Below, in pieces: positions 44,684 through 53,431 of a DNA stretch of 58,909 nt (position 1 is the stretch's first letter; each line of letters begins with the position of its first letter). The notes under the pieces are model-generated. The model searched no databases and had not been told where the DNA came from. It saw only the letters and a program-made list of their open reading frames with translations. The DNA is from a virus, in IMG/VR virus record IMGVR_UViG_3300045988_121717, one strand, 5' to 3'. The position numbers were made by a program, and so were the translations under genes.

Positions 44684-45403
44684 TTACTTCTTGTACTTTT
44701 CGTAGGTTTCAGGTGTCCATTCGGTTCCGCCGTTGGTCGGGTCAACCGGCCCTCGGTCTGATTGGAACTTCTGAAGGCGGCGTTCATCGTTCGGCTTCAT
44801 GTATCCTTGGCTGCGCTGATGGTTGTACCAGCCGTCGTAGTTGCCGTAGTCGAACAGGTTCATTTGCCGGGGTTCCAGAGCTTCGTTCTCCTCTCTGAAG
44901 AAATCCATCTGCGTTGCGCCGTTTCTGCGGCCACGCCGGGTGTGGACATCAAAGACGTAATCGGGAACATCGAACTGCGAAACAGCCTTCAGCCGCTCGA
45001 CTTCGTGGTAATCAACGAACGCTTCATACTCGGCATCGCTGAGGGGCTGGTCGCCCCACATGAAGTTACAGGCAACATAGTCGGCATCGCGGTTCTTCTT
45101 GGCCATGCACAGCAGTACAACGGCCTTTGCGATAAACAGGTCGTTGGTTTCACCGGGCTTGTTCCGCTGATTCACATAGTCGTCAGCCTCTTTCAAGGCC
45201 ATGATCTCCTTGGTCATAATGCCGTAGCAGTCCTCAGCGGAAACGGTCAGCAGCCGCTTCCACAGGTACGCCCTGTATTTGACGGACATCTCATTTGCGG
45301 CGTATGCTGCATGAGGGATGTCACACCGGCGAATCGCCTTCTGAATCATCGAGGACATTTCAAACAGGTTATACCCATTTTTCGTCAATGCTTCAAATGC
45401 CAT
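44684..45403 (-). CDS. MgsA/RarA C-terminal-domain-like protein lacking the AAA+ module
   Basis: FEMSSMIQKAIRRCDIPHAAYAANEM...LLTVSAEDCYG...LFIAKAVVLLCMAKKNRDADYV parallels the MgsA_C pattern (SA.qKSiRGSD.dAAlYW...AsEDIG...KSN). The ATG at 45403 lies 9 nt after GGAGG. Confidence 0.5.
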   Translation of the reverse strand: MAFEALTKNGYNLFEMSSMIQKAIRRCDIPHAAYAANEMSVKYRAYLWKRLLTVSAEDCYGIMTKEIMALKEADDYVNQRNKPGETNDLFIAKAVVLLCMAKKNRDADYVACNFMWGDQPLSDAEYEAFVDYHEVERLKAVSQFDVPDYVFDVHTRRGRRNGATQMDFFREENEALEPRQMNLFDYGNYDGWYNHQRSQGYMKPNDERRLQKFQSDRGPVDPTNGGTEWTPETYEKYKK

Positions 45404-45468
45404 GAACAAAAACCTCCAATTTTTTTGTTTGTTTATAGTATAATTCTACCAAAGGAGGTCTGCGTCCG

Positions 45469-46704
45469 TCAAGCATTTTTCATACGATGTTCCGATGTTT
45501 TTTCGAGATAACGACCAAACATATCAGTGAATCCCTCAGCCTCGCGCAGCACTTCTCCAGTGACCTCAGAAACCACTTTCGGGCGGGGTACGATGAACTG
45601 GCGGGACGAGCTGATGGAGTATGCGCCAACATTGTCAAAGACCAGCCTATCGCCGATTGCAAACTCGCCAGAGATGCCTTTGACGAGATAGTCATATTCG
45701 AGGCAGGTGTCGCCGCCGATGATGACATCAGTGAATGTGCAGGTGTTGTCATTCATGTGGACGACTTCAGGAACGAGCTTCTTCATGTCGGCAATGACAC
45801 CCATGTGGTTGGATGCGCAGTTTGCTGTGAGGTAAATCTGCCCGCGCACGAACTTGATGTTGGTGATGGTGGCAGCCATCTTCATGGTGTTGCCGACAAG
45901 CGCAGTGCCGGGTTCGATCATCAGCATCACATCCTCATCGGGGAACGCTTTCTTCATCGCGCCGGCAATAATCTGAGCGTACTCCTCATAGCCGCCGTAG
46001 GCATAGCCATTGAACTGCTCTGCCAACTCAGGAGCCATCGGGCCGAACATACCGCCGCCAAGGTCGATATACTTCGCGCCGTAGGTCTTGGCCAGCTCAA
46101 TCATGCGGTCGATCTTGTTCCTCCAGTATTTCGGCTGGCGGGCGGACCCGATATGGCACTGGAAGCCACGGAACTCAAGGTGCGTGTTATGCTGGAAAAA
46201 GGCCATCGCGCCACTGAAGTCATCACTGTCAATGTCAATGCCAAACCGGGACTTCAGGTCATTCCCGGCATCGAACGTAACGCGGATGCCGATAGGAATG
46301 GTTACGCCCTGCTCCTTGGCCATGAAGTAGATGTCCCGCAGCTCATCGTAGTTGTCAACATTGACGAAGCCGCCGCAGGATGCCAGCTTGACCTTTTCTG
46401 CGGTGTTCGGGATGACACCATTGTAGACGATGCGGTCCGGCGTGAAGCCAAGCTCCATTGCGTACATCCGCTCATACGGAGAAACGACCTCAGCCAGCAG
46501 ACCAGCCTCGTTCACGATCTGGCAGATGTCTGCGAGGTAGTTGGTCTTGAAGCTGTACGCGGCGTAGGTGTTGCCGTAGTAGTGGTGGAACGCCTTTCCC
46601 ATGTTCACGATGTTCTCGTAGAGAGTGTTCTCGTTGAACAGGTACATGGGCGAATCATCTCTTGACCATAATTCGCGCAAAATTTCGTTTGTAGTTGTAG
46701 TCAT
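45469..46704 (-). CDS. Fold-type III PLP-dependent decarboxylase (Orn/DAP/Arg/carboxynorspermidine decarboxylase family)
   Basis: Motifs YSFKTN (PLP lysine), CHIGS, DLGGG, EPGTALV and GGDTCLEYDYL appear in the canonical order. 411 aa. Confidence 0.75.
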   Translation of the reverse strand: MTTTTNEILRELWSRDDSPMYLFNENTLYENIVNMGKAFHHYYGNTYAAYSFKTNYLADICQIVNEAGLLAEVVSPYERMYAMELGFTPDRIVYNGVIPNTAEKVKLASCGGFVNVDNYDELRDIYFMAKEQGVTIPIGIRVTFDAGNDLKSRFGIDIDSDDFSGAMAFFQHNTHLEFRGFQCHIGSARQPKYWRNKIDRMIELAKTYGAKYIDLGGGMFGPMAPELAEQFNGYAYGGYEEYAQIIAGAMKKAFPDEDVMLMIEPGTALVGNTMKMAATITNIKFVRGQIYLTANCASNHMGVIADMKKLVPEVVHMNDNTCTFTDVIIGGDTCLEYDYLVKGISGEFAIGDRLVFDNVGAYSISSSRQFIVPRPKVVSEVTGEVLREAEGFTDMFGRYLEKTSEHRMKNA

Positions 46705-47380
46705 AGTACTTCCCCCATTTGTTCTTCATGGCCTCGACGAGAATCATGTGGCCTTCTCTCGTGCGGCTCGCGCCTTCGTTCAGGTCCATGCCGGCCTTGG
46801 CGCACAGGTAGCGCGGCTGGAGGATAATGCGGTTGTGCAGAAGCTCCTGCATCATCATGTCAACATCGGAGGCCGCAGGGTCATCCGGGTCGTAGGTGGC
46901 CTTCAGAGCCTTCTTGTTTATCCAGCGGATGTGACCGGGCATCCCGACGAACTTAAACTCGCAGTCATACGCATAGGGAGCCATCGTAGGCTGGTCAAAT
47001 GCGTAGCCGATGCCGAGGTCGTAGATGAGCTGGGCAATGCGCTCGATCTCAGCCGTCACGCGCTCCTTGTCGGGGCGTTTATCGGGCAACTCAAGGTAGG
47101 TCGTATCGCTCATGCGGTAGACGAACTTTTCGATGTCGTCATCAGCAATGAATATCACATCTTCCGGCGTGTTGTGGATTATCCAGTAGAGGGTAGACAT
47201 GAAGCTGCGTACAGCTCCATCGGGGATGACGAGAAGGTCATCGACACCGGCGGCTCTATACGCAGCTTCTTCTTCCTGTCTTACGACGTAGGTACAATAT
47301 TCAAACTGGTGCTTCGTCAAAATCTTGTTCGGTCGGCGGTACGACATACAGTAGATGTTAAACGAAGTATTCCGACTCAT
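46655..47380 (-). CDS. Unknown enzyme-like protein with a DDD motif (possible GT-A-like nucleotidyl/glycosyl-transferase fold)
   Basis: 241 aa. Contains VIFIADDDIEKF. It overlaps both neighbours (23 and 50 nt), implying translational coupling. Confidence 0.4.
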   Translation of the reverse strand: MSRNTSFNIYCMSYRRPNKILTKHQFEYCTYVVRQEEEAAYRAAGVDDLLVIPDGAVRSFMSTLYWIIHNTPEDVIFIADDDIEKFVYRMSDTTYLELPDKRPDKERVTAEIERIAQLIYDLGIGYAFDQPTMAPYAYDCEFKFVGMPGHIRWINKKALKATYDPDDPAASDVDMMMQELLHNRIILQPRYLCAKAGMDLNEGASRTREGHMILVEAMKNKWGKYYDYNYKRNFARIMVKR

Positions 47381-48383
47381 AGTTCTTGCTCATGCGGAGC
47401 TTGTAGTTGATTTCAGGGTGGATGTTCTCGACATCATAGCCGAGGAGCTGGCGGCACCGCAGGTACGGCAGGTTCAGGCCAGCCTTGGCGATGAACGGCA
47501 GGGATGCACTCAGGCGCGGGTTGGTCTCCAGCAGCTTCACGCTGCCATCTTCCTTCAGGATGAAGTCGAAGCACACATTGCCGTCCAGCCCGGTGTCAGC
47601 GACGATCTGCTTGGCAATGGCGAGAGCCTGTTCGTTCTGCTTGATGCCAGCGAACATCGCGCTGCCAAAGGCCATCAGGTAGCCCTCAAAGCCGAGGGCG
47701 TGGAGGACGCGGCCATGGTCTGCCAGTACGCACATACTGTAATCCAGACCTTCCTCATACTCCTGCATGATGATGTCCTCATGGCAGTTCTTTGCCAGCT
47801 CCAGCAGCATATCGAACGTGATATAGCGGTTCATGCCGAACTTGTTGTAGATGGTCAGGTCGCGGCCCTTCTCCTCGTCAATGATGCAGAAACCGAGGCC
47901 GCCGCAGCGGTTCGGGAGCTTGCAGCACATGGGCTTCTTCGGGTAGCCAATCTCATCAGCAAACTGGAAGAAGTCGAGGGGCTTCTTGCAGACCATCTGC
48001 TTCGGCATCAGGTCGGGGTAGTGCTTTGCCAGCTCGACCTTGTTGCCAGAGGCCAGAATGGACTCCATAGAGGAGATGGACACCTTAACGCCGTGGCTCT
48101 CAAGCAGCTCGCGGTTCTCTGCCATGATAGGCAGCTCTGCGGTGATGAACGGCAGGATGACATCGACCTTCTCCTTCTCGCAGATGTCGATGACGGTCGG
48201 GATATAGCTTTCCTCGGTGATGCGAGGAACAACATAGCCAGCGTCAACGCCCTTTCGGAGCAGCGCAGTGTCATCGCAGTTGATGCCGACGACGTAGATT
48301 TCCTCGCCGTCGTAGTTGTCCTTCAATGCACGGATGAGGTCATACGAGTGCATCGAGCAGCCGGTAATCAGGACTCTAATCAT
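47358..48383 (-). CDS. ATP-grasp family ligase
   Basis: 341 aa. N-terminal Rossmann-like MIRVLITG, a central K..P..CGGLGFCII, and the C-terminal LLETNPRLSASL typical of ATP-grasp enzymes. Confidence 0.7.
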   Translation of the reverse strand: MIRVLITGCSMHSYDLIRALKDNYDGEEIYVVGINCDDTALLRKGVDAGYVVPRITEESYIPTVIDICEKEKVDVILPFITAELPIMAENRELLESHGVKVSISSMESILASGNKVELAKHYPDLMPKQMVCKKPLDFFQFADEIGYPKKPMCCKLPNRCGGLGFCIIDEEKGRDLTIYNKFGMNRYITFDMLLELAKNCHEDIIMQEYEEGLDYSMCVLADHGRVLHALGFEGYLMAFGSAMFAGIKQNEQALAIAKQIVADTGLDGNVCFDFILKEDGSVKLLETNPRLSASLPFIAKAGLNLPYLRCRQLLGYDVENIHPEINYKLRMSKNYESEYFV

Positions 48384-49032
48384 TTTCTTCCTCTTTCTCC
48401 GGGTTTTCCGGGTTTTCCGGGTCTGTTTGTGGAGCGTCTTCCTTGGGTACGATTTGGGCTTTCATATCGTCATACCAGACGGCTCTTGCCTTTATCCTCC
48501 GCTGCTTGGCAACAAGCACTTTCGCGCCGTCGATGCCGAGTGCGCGGATAAGATTCAGGTAGTCAACCTCATTCCGGCAGACGATCATAACATAGTCATA
48601 TTTCTCATAGCGAATCGGCTCGATGTCCTTGATCTTCCGCTCGTCAGGATTCTTTTCGAGCATATCGAGGCCGAGGTCCACTGTGAGGTCGGCAGTCCAG
48701 TCGGCGAGCAGGTCGAGGTCCCATTCACCGGCGTGGGTGTTGTCCTTGATGTTGATGGCCCGCAGCTCTGCATCGGTGTAGCCAATGAGCCGCTTGCAGT
48801 CCACCATGATGTCAGGGTCTTTCTTAGTGAGGATGATGCTGCGTTGATTTCCGGCAATCACGTTGTCGTTCTCGTCGATGAGGAAGATGCCAAAGTCGCC
48901 GAACATCTCAAGCGAGCGTTCCAGCTCCTCGGCCTTTTTCTTCGTGATCTTTCTGGGGTTTCCAAAACCGTGCTTCAGGTCACCAACGCGCATTTTTTCA
49001 CATCTGATGCACCGTTCCTTGCGTTCTTCCAT
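48376..49032 (-). CDS. ParB/Srx N-terminal-domain protein (218 aa)
   Basis: GNPRKI...LERSLEMFGDFGIFLIDENDNVIAGNQR matches the ParB-like nuclease/NTPase domain seen at the N-termini of phage DNA-modifying enzymes. No methylase domain follows. Confidence 0.6.
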   Translation of the reverse strand: MEERKERCIRCEKMRVGDLKHGFGNPRKITKKKAEELERSLEMFGDFGIFLIDENDNVIAGNQRSIILTKKDPDIMVDCKRLIGYTDAELRAINIKDNTHAGEWDLDLLADWTADLTVDLGLDMLEKNPDERKIKDIEPIRYEKYDYVMIVCRNEVDYLNLIRALGIDGAKVLVAKQRRIKARAVWYDDMKAQIVPKEDAPQTDPENPENPEKEEEND

Positions 49033-49042
49033 AGCGTTCTCC

Positions 49043-49076
49043 TAAAACAAAAAGACAGCTCGTAATGAGCTGTCTT
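49043..49076 (-). terminator. Intrinsic terminator abutting the RBS of the ParB-like gene
   Basis: AAGACAGCTC-attac-GAGCTGTCTT, followed by TTTGTTTT and then AGGAGAA-N6-ATG on the minus strand. Confidence 0.7.
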
Positions 49077-49091
49077 GGGTTTTTGCGAGGT

Positions 49092-49128
49092 GCACACCCG
49101 GCCATGCCTGCTGTCGAACCGGGTGTGC
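49092..49128 (-). other. Strong leader hairpin (10-bp GC-rich stem)
   Basis: GCACACCCGG / CCGGGTGTGC with a 17-nt loop, between the candidate late promoter and the terminator. Confidence 0.6.
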
Positions 49129-49191
49129 TGCTCACAAACAGATGATGGAGGAATCCTTGAGCATCAGGCAGCCTCGTTACTGCCATTTACT

Positions 49192-49220
49192 ATTCTAAAG
49201 CCTGTCAACTGAAATTACAA
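49192..49220 (-). promoter_or_regulatory. Candidate late promoter
   Basis: Minus strand reads TTGTAA (49215-49220), a 17-bp spacer, then TAGAAT (49192-49197), just after the ArpU-like gene stop. Confidence 0.45.
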
Positions 49221-49236
49221 TGACAGCGTTTTGACA

Positions 49237-49827
49237 TTATTGCTCAGAAAACCTCACTCCGTCGATGCCGAAGAACAAAACAGCGAGTTCTTCGTAGGCG
49301 GTCTTGATGTCGCGGAATACCGTGCGGACGACTACATTCTCCATCTCGGCAATGTCCTCGGCGGTCTTAGACTCGTCCTCAGACAGGTACATCCAGTAGA
49401 TGACCCTGTACCGCCGCTGGCCTTCAGGGGACCTGTTGCAGTCCTTCTTGTAGACCTCCAGCATTGCGTCAATGTGCTCGATCATCAGCTCGGTACGAGC
49501 CACCCGGTCTTTGATGCTGACGACCTCAAGTTCCCCGCTGCGGTAGATTCCCTGCATCAGCTCCAGCAGCTCAACAAGGGTCTCGTTGGTGCTGGTGTCC
49601 TTGCCGTACACGCTGCTCACGGTCATCTTCTTGAACCGCCGGTAGTTTTTCAGCAGCATCTTCGCGCTGTTCACAACGCGGTGATGCCGCTCTCTGCGGG
49701 CTTTGCCATCCTGCTCCTGCTGCCGCTCAAGTTCCTTTCGGTACGATTCGACAGCGGTTTCGGATGCCAGCCGGACGATGGCTTCCAGCTCAGGTGTGAG
49801 CTGCCGGGCGTTGTTTTCTGGCTCCAT
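49237..49827 (-). CDS. ArpU/RinA-like late transcription regulator (sigma70 region-4-like HTH)
   Basis: The C-terminus SKTAEDIAEMENVVVRTVFRDIKTAYEEL is sigma region-4-like. It is the last gene before the packaging region. The ATG at 49827 follows GAAGGAGGTG. Confidence 0.6.
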   Translation of the reverse strand: MEPENNARQLTPELEAIVRLASETAVESYRKELERQQEQDGKARRERHHRVVNSAKMLLKNYRRFKKMTVSSVYGKDTSTNETLVELLELMQGIYRSGELEVVSIKDRVARTELMIEHIDAMLEVYKKDCNRSPEGQRRYRVIYWMYLSEDESKTAEDIAEMENVVVRTVFRDIKTAYEELAVLFFGIDGVRFSEQ

Positions 49828-49858
49828 GGGAACCACCTCCTTCTCTTACAGCGAGAAC

Positions 49859-50320
49859 TTACTGGCAGTTCTCGTACTGGTAATCCTCCTGCCGCTCATC
49901 CTCGCCGGGAGCGTCGCGCTCAATGGGCGCAGAGTCCATGTCGTCATCGAACATACTGCGCTGGGCGGTGTTGACAATCGGTCTCATTTCATAGTTGCCG
50001 GTGTCGGCATTGTAATACAACTCATCGGTTTCATTGTGCGTAGCTCCGTGCATCTCATTGTTGATTTTGACGCTGGAGGTAATCTTGTGGAAGAACTGCG
50101 GCATATAGACCTCGCGCTCAGGAGCGTCAATTTCCGCATCATAGTTCTGGATGGTCTCGCTGCGGAAACCAACGTCCAGCTTCATGGTGATGCTCCCCTC
50201 TTTTGCTCCGCAGCCGACCATAGTTCCGAGAAGTTTCTGAAGTACGGTATTCAGACTTTCTTTGGCATCGGAAAACGTGTCGCAGTCAAAGTTCAACTCG
50301 CGGATATAGGCTTTATCCAT
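49859..50320 (-). CDS. Hypothetical protein (153 aa)
   Basis: ORF track. GGAAAGG upstream. Confidence 0.55.
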   Translation of the reverse strand: MDKAYIRELNFDCDTFSDAKESLNTVLQKLLGTMVGCGAKEGSITMKLDVGFRSETIQNYDAEIDAPEREVYMPQFFHKITSSVKINNEMHGATHNETDELYYNADTGNYEMRPIVNTAQRSMFDDDMDSAPIERDAPGEDERQEDYQYENCQ

Positions 50321-50323
50321 AAT

Positions 50324-51268
50324 TCACTCTACCTTTCCATACTTGATGTGGTTATCTTTCATATACTGCCGGAGAGCCATAAGCTGCTCCTTCGTGCCGA
50401 TGGCGCGGAAGCTCATAGCGTACAGCTTTTCGGGGGATTCTGCGGGTGCAGGGGCAGGAGCGGGAGTAGTTGCGGCGGCTTTCTCCGCTGCCGCAACGAA
50501 CGAGCTGGTCTGCGGTACAGGCTGGACAGGCGCGGCGGGCTTGGGCGGCTCAACTGCGGGAGCGGAAGGAGCCGGTGCAGGGGTGGCAGCCTTGGCCTTT
50601 TCAGCTTCAGCGGCCAGCTCTGCCTTTCGGCGGTCTTCCTGCTCCATGCGCTGTGCCAGCTTCATAGACCCGGCCAGCTTCATGGTCTGGAGGTAATTCG
50701 CAACAGCAAAGGAGCGGTACGGCTCACTGACGACAGTGTTGATGGTTTCGATGTTCGTCCTGATTTGCTGGACACCATCAGCGATGCCCTCCTTGGCCTT
50801 TTTCATAGAGGTCGAAGCGTTCACCATCTTGGGGTCGAACACGCGCTCAAAGGTGACGGATTCGGCCAGATCGCCGATGATACTGTCGAAGTATGCGACG
50901 AGTTGCTTCTTCTTGTCAGCTTTCTGGTTTTCGTCGTGGGTCTTGATGGCCTCGTCGATGGGCTTCACTGCCTCGATGATGAGATTCGTCACTTCAGCGA
51001 CCTCGGCCTCGAAACGGTCATACGGAGCCATGATAGCTTTCTTGACACGGATGCGGCTGTCTGAGATGGTGTTCTTGAGAGCGTTCAGCTCAGCCCGGTC
51101 GGTTCGGGCGTCCGTGATGTCGTCATCGGTATAGATGCGGCCATCGTACTTCTCCGTGATGGAACGAACGTACTTCAAAAGCTCATCCTTATTCCAATCA
51201 ATGTGGACATTTTCGTCAAGCGAGTGTTCGTTGTTGATAATAAGGCCAAATTCTTCACTCATGCTCAT
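50324..51268 (-). CDS. DUF1351-like phage protein
   Basis: DARTDRAELNALKNTISDSRIRVKKAI matches the DUF1351 pattern. Ala/Pro-rich linker. Located near the recombination genes. Confidence 0.55.
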   Translation of the reverse strand: MSMSEEFGLIINNEHSLDENVHIDWNKDELLKYVRSITEKYDGRIYTDDDITDARTDRAELNALKNTISDSRIRVKKAIMAPYDRFEAEVAEVTNLIIEAVKPIDEAIKTHDENQKADKKKQLVAYFDSIIGDLAESVTFERVFDPKMVNASTSMKKAKEGIADGVQQIRTNIETINTVVSEPYRSFAVANYLQTMKLAGSMKLAQRMEQEDRRKAELAAEAEKAKAATPAPAPSAPAVEPPKPAAPVQPVPQTSSFVAAAEKAAATTPAPAPAPAESPEKLYAMSFRAIGTKEQLMALRQYMKDNHIKYGKVE

Positions 51269-51692
51269 TTTCCTTTCCAATCTGTTTGATGATGATGACC
51301 GTGCGCGGCTGCTCGGAATAGAATTTGCGGCACTGGCAGTCCACGATCTGCGTGTCGTCGCGGTATGCGACCTGATTCAAAGCGTCAGCTACAAGCTTGA
51401 CCACGTTGTCCATGTCGGGCTTCTTGGTCGGTCGGATAAAACCTTCAAGCTTGGCAGCTCTCTTTGCTTTGCTGTCACCTTTCGGGACGGAATAGTACGC
51501 CAGAATCCGCATATCGAGCATCGCGGTGTCAGGGAAACGGAATGTACCGCACTGGCGGCGGTATTCATATCCGACGAGGGCTTCCATGCTCTCGGTCTTC
51601 TCAGGGGTGTGTGCAGTCCCGGTAAATCTGTTGAACCGGGGCCGCCCTTTGCCATACGGCTCACCAAGAACGGTGAACTGGATGCTGTTCAT
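51255..51692 (-). CDS. rusA: RusA-family Holliday junction resolvase
   Basis: FTVLGEPYGKGRPRF...KPDMDNVVKLVADALNQVAYRDDTQIV is the RusA signature. Confidence 0.8.
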   Translation of the reverse strand: MNSIQFTVLGEPYGKGRPRFNRFTGTAHTPEKTESMEALVGYEYRRQCGTFRFPDTAMLDMRILAYYSVPKGDSKAKRAAKLEGFIRPTKKPDMDNVVKLVADALNQVAYRDDTQIVDCQCRKFYSEQPRTVIIIKQIGKENEHE

Positions 51693-51709
51693 GTACTCTC
51701 GCCTCCCGG

Positions 51710-51886
51710 TTATTTCTCTGCACTGCCGTCATCGGCATACAGCTTCAGCGTGTAGTCCACGCTCTTGCCGTTTGGCGTTTTCTGACGTTTGCCGGGACCA
51801 ACGGTATATCCGTTGTCAACGAGGATGCCGGCAACCGTCTTGCGGTCTTCCTTCGAGAAAATCTTGATCTCTGCAATAAGCTCCAT
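51710..51886 (-). CDS. Small hypothetical protein (58 aa)
   Basis: ORF track 51710-51895. ATG follows AGGTGAG. Confidence 0.45.
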   Translation of the reverse strand: MELIAEIKIFSKEDRKTVAGILVDNGYTVGPGKRQKTPNGKSVDYTLKLYADDGSAEK

Positions 51887-51887
51887 A

Positions 51888-52667
51888 TCACTCACCTAAC
51901 AATTTCTTCATCTCATCGAACTGCCGGACCGCGCTGCGCTTGCGCCACGACAGCCCGGTCAGCTCAACCGGGTAGCACATCTCGAACAGGCGGTCAAAGA
52001 TGCGGCTGTACCGAATATCGGTGCACTTCTTCATGTGGTCGAGAGACAAGTTCGTGGTAAGGATGATGGGACGCTTACTGCGGTAGCGGTCGTCGATGAC
52101 CTTGTACATCTGCTCAAGGGCAAAATCGGTGCTGCGCTCTGCACCGAGATCGTCTATGACGAGCAGTTCGGCACGGCTGGCAAAATCGAGGCTGTTGCTG
52201 TCGAAGTCGAGGGCGCGTTCGAGGATGTTCGGGAACGAGGTCATCACTACGGTGTGCAGCTCTGCCATCAGCTCATTGGCAATGGCTGCAGCGATATACG
52301 ACTTCCCGGTCCCGACATCGCCGTAAAACATTACGCCCTGCCCGGTGGCCTTGAGGTCATCGAACTTGGCAACATACCGGGTGGCGATTTTCAATGCCCG
52401 CGCATTGCCATCGGTCTGCTCACAGCTTTCAAACGTGACGTTCTGGGCTTTGGCATCTATCAGGCTAAGGCTGCGGAGCCGTTCAACTTCACGCTTGCGG
52501 CTGTACAGCTCCATCTGCCGTTTGAGCTCTTCCTCCTTTTTCAAAGAGCAGACGCACCGTTTTGGCACGATACGCTTTACCGTCTTGCCGGTGCCATCGA
52601 AGGTCGGGAAGTCAATCTCAAACTCCACAGTGTCACCGCACAAGGGACATTTTTTCAGTTCAGGCAC
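51888..52667 (-). CDS. DnaC/IstB-like AAA+ helicase loader with an N-terminal zinc ribbon
   Basis: Walker A GDVGTGKSY and Walker B LLVIDDLG. N-terminal CPLCG...CVC. GTG start after TGGAGG. Confidence 0.8.
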   Translation of the reverse strand: MPELKKCPLCGDTVEFEIDFPTFDGTGKTVKRIVPKRCVCSLKKEEELKRQMELYSRKREVERLRSLSLIDAKAQNVTFESCEQTDGNARALKIATRYVAKFDDLKATGQGVMFYGDVGTGKSYIAAAIANELMAELHTVVMTSFPNILERALDFDSNSLDFASRAELLVIDDLGAERSTDFALEQMYKVIDDRYRSKRPIILTTNLSLDHMKKCTDIRYSRIFDRLFEMCYPVELTGLSWRKRSAVRQFDEMKKLLGE

Positions 52668-52670
52668 GAG

Positions 52671-53402
52671 TTACCTCCAATCTGCGTATGGGTCGTTGCT
52701 TGCGGCGGCAGAGACCGTTGGCTCGGCGTGTTTCAGGTAGTCGGTGAACGGCGTAGCGTCGGACAGGAACGTCTTCGGGTGCTTTATGAACTGCTTGTCG
52801 GTCTTGTTCTGCTCAACGCTCACAGCGTAAGCTACGGCGGCCTCAAGCAACTCATTCTCTCCCCATCCATCGTTGACACGCGCACAATATTTCTTGTACG
52901 CTTCCCCTTTGCCGACCTTCCGTGGGTAGGCATCCCAGAATTTCTCAAAGCCTTCCGGGTAGGATGCCTTGGGAACGGTTTTTGCAGGAGTAGCGGGTTC
53001 GCTGGGCGGGACAGGGGCGGGAGCTTTCTTGCGGGCGCGTTCTGCACGTTTCCGCTCTGCATCCTTCCCGCGCCGTTCAGCGTCCTTGTACCACTGTGCT
53101 TGCCACTCTCCCCAGTCGTGAAGGCCGATACGGCCATCTTCAACATCGAGCCAGCCGGAATCTTTCATCGCACGAATGACAGTTTTGGATGAATACCTAT
53201 TGTCGAGGCCAGTTTGGATGACAGCCTCGATGTCGGCTTCACTCCCGCCGATGATTTCACCGGCAGCATTGACATTTCGGATGCCCCAGACCCACAGCCG
53301 AACGAGAATGCCGAGGGCTTCGTTCTGAGAGCAGCCAATGTCGTTTGCAAGCGTTCGGAGCTTGGGGCCGATAACGGCTTCATACACCTTGACCCAAGCC
53401 AT
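52671..53402 (-). CDS. Phage replisome organizer / DnaD-like replication initiation protein
   Basis: N-terminus MAWVKVYEAVIGPKLRTLANDIG...LVRLWVWG resembles the replisome-organizer N-terminal region. Located upstream of the DnaC-like gene. Confidence 0.6.
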   Translation of the reverse strand: MAWVKVYEAVIGPKLRTLANDIGCSQNEALGILVRLWVWGIRNVNAAGEIIGGSEADIEAVIQTGLDNRYSSKTVIRAMKDSGWLDVEDGRIGLHDWGEWQAQWYKDAERRGKDAERKRAERARKKAPAPVPPSEPATPAKTVPKASYPEGFEKFWDAYPRKVGKGEAYKKYCARVNDGWGENELLEAAVAYAVSVEQNKTDKQFIKHPKTFLSDATPFTDYLKHAEPTVSAAASNDPYADWR

Positions 53403-53431
53403 AGATACCACCCCCTTTCCGGCTATAATAG

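Noticed and set aside
49092-49128. The GGTTCGA-containing hairpin in the late leader as a tRNA or T-arm.
   Set aside because: No acceptor, D or anticodon stems can be drawn around it. It is a simple 10-bp stem with a 17-nt loop.
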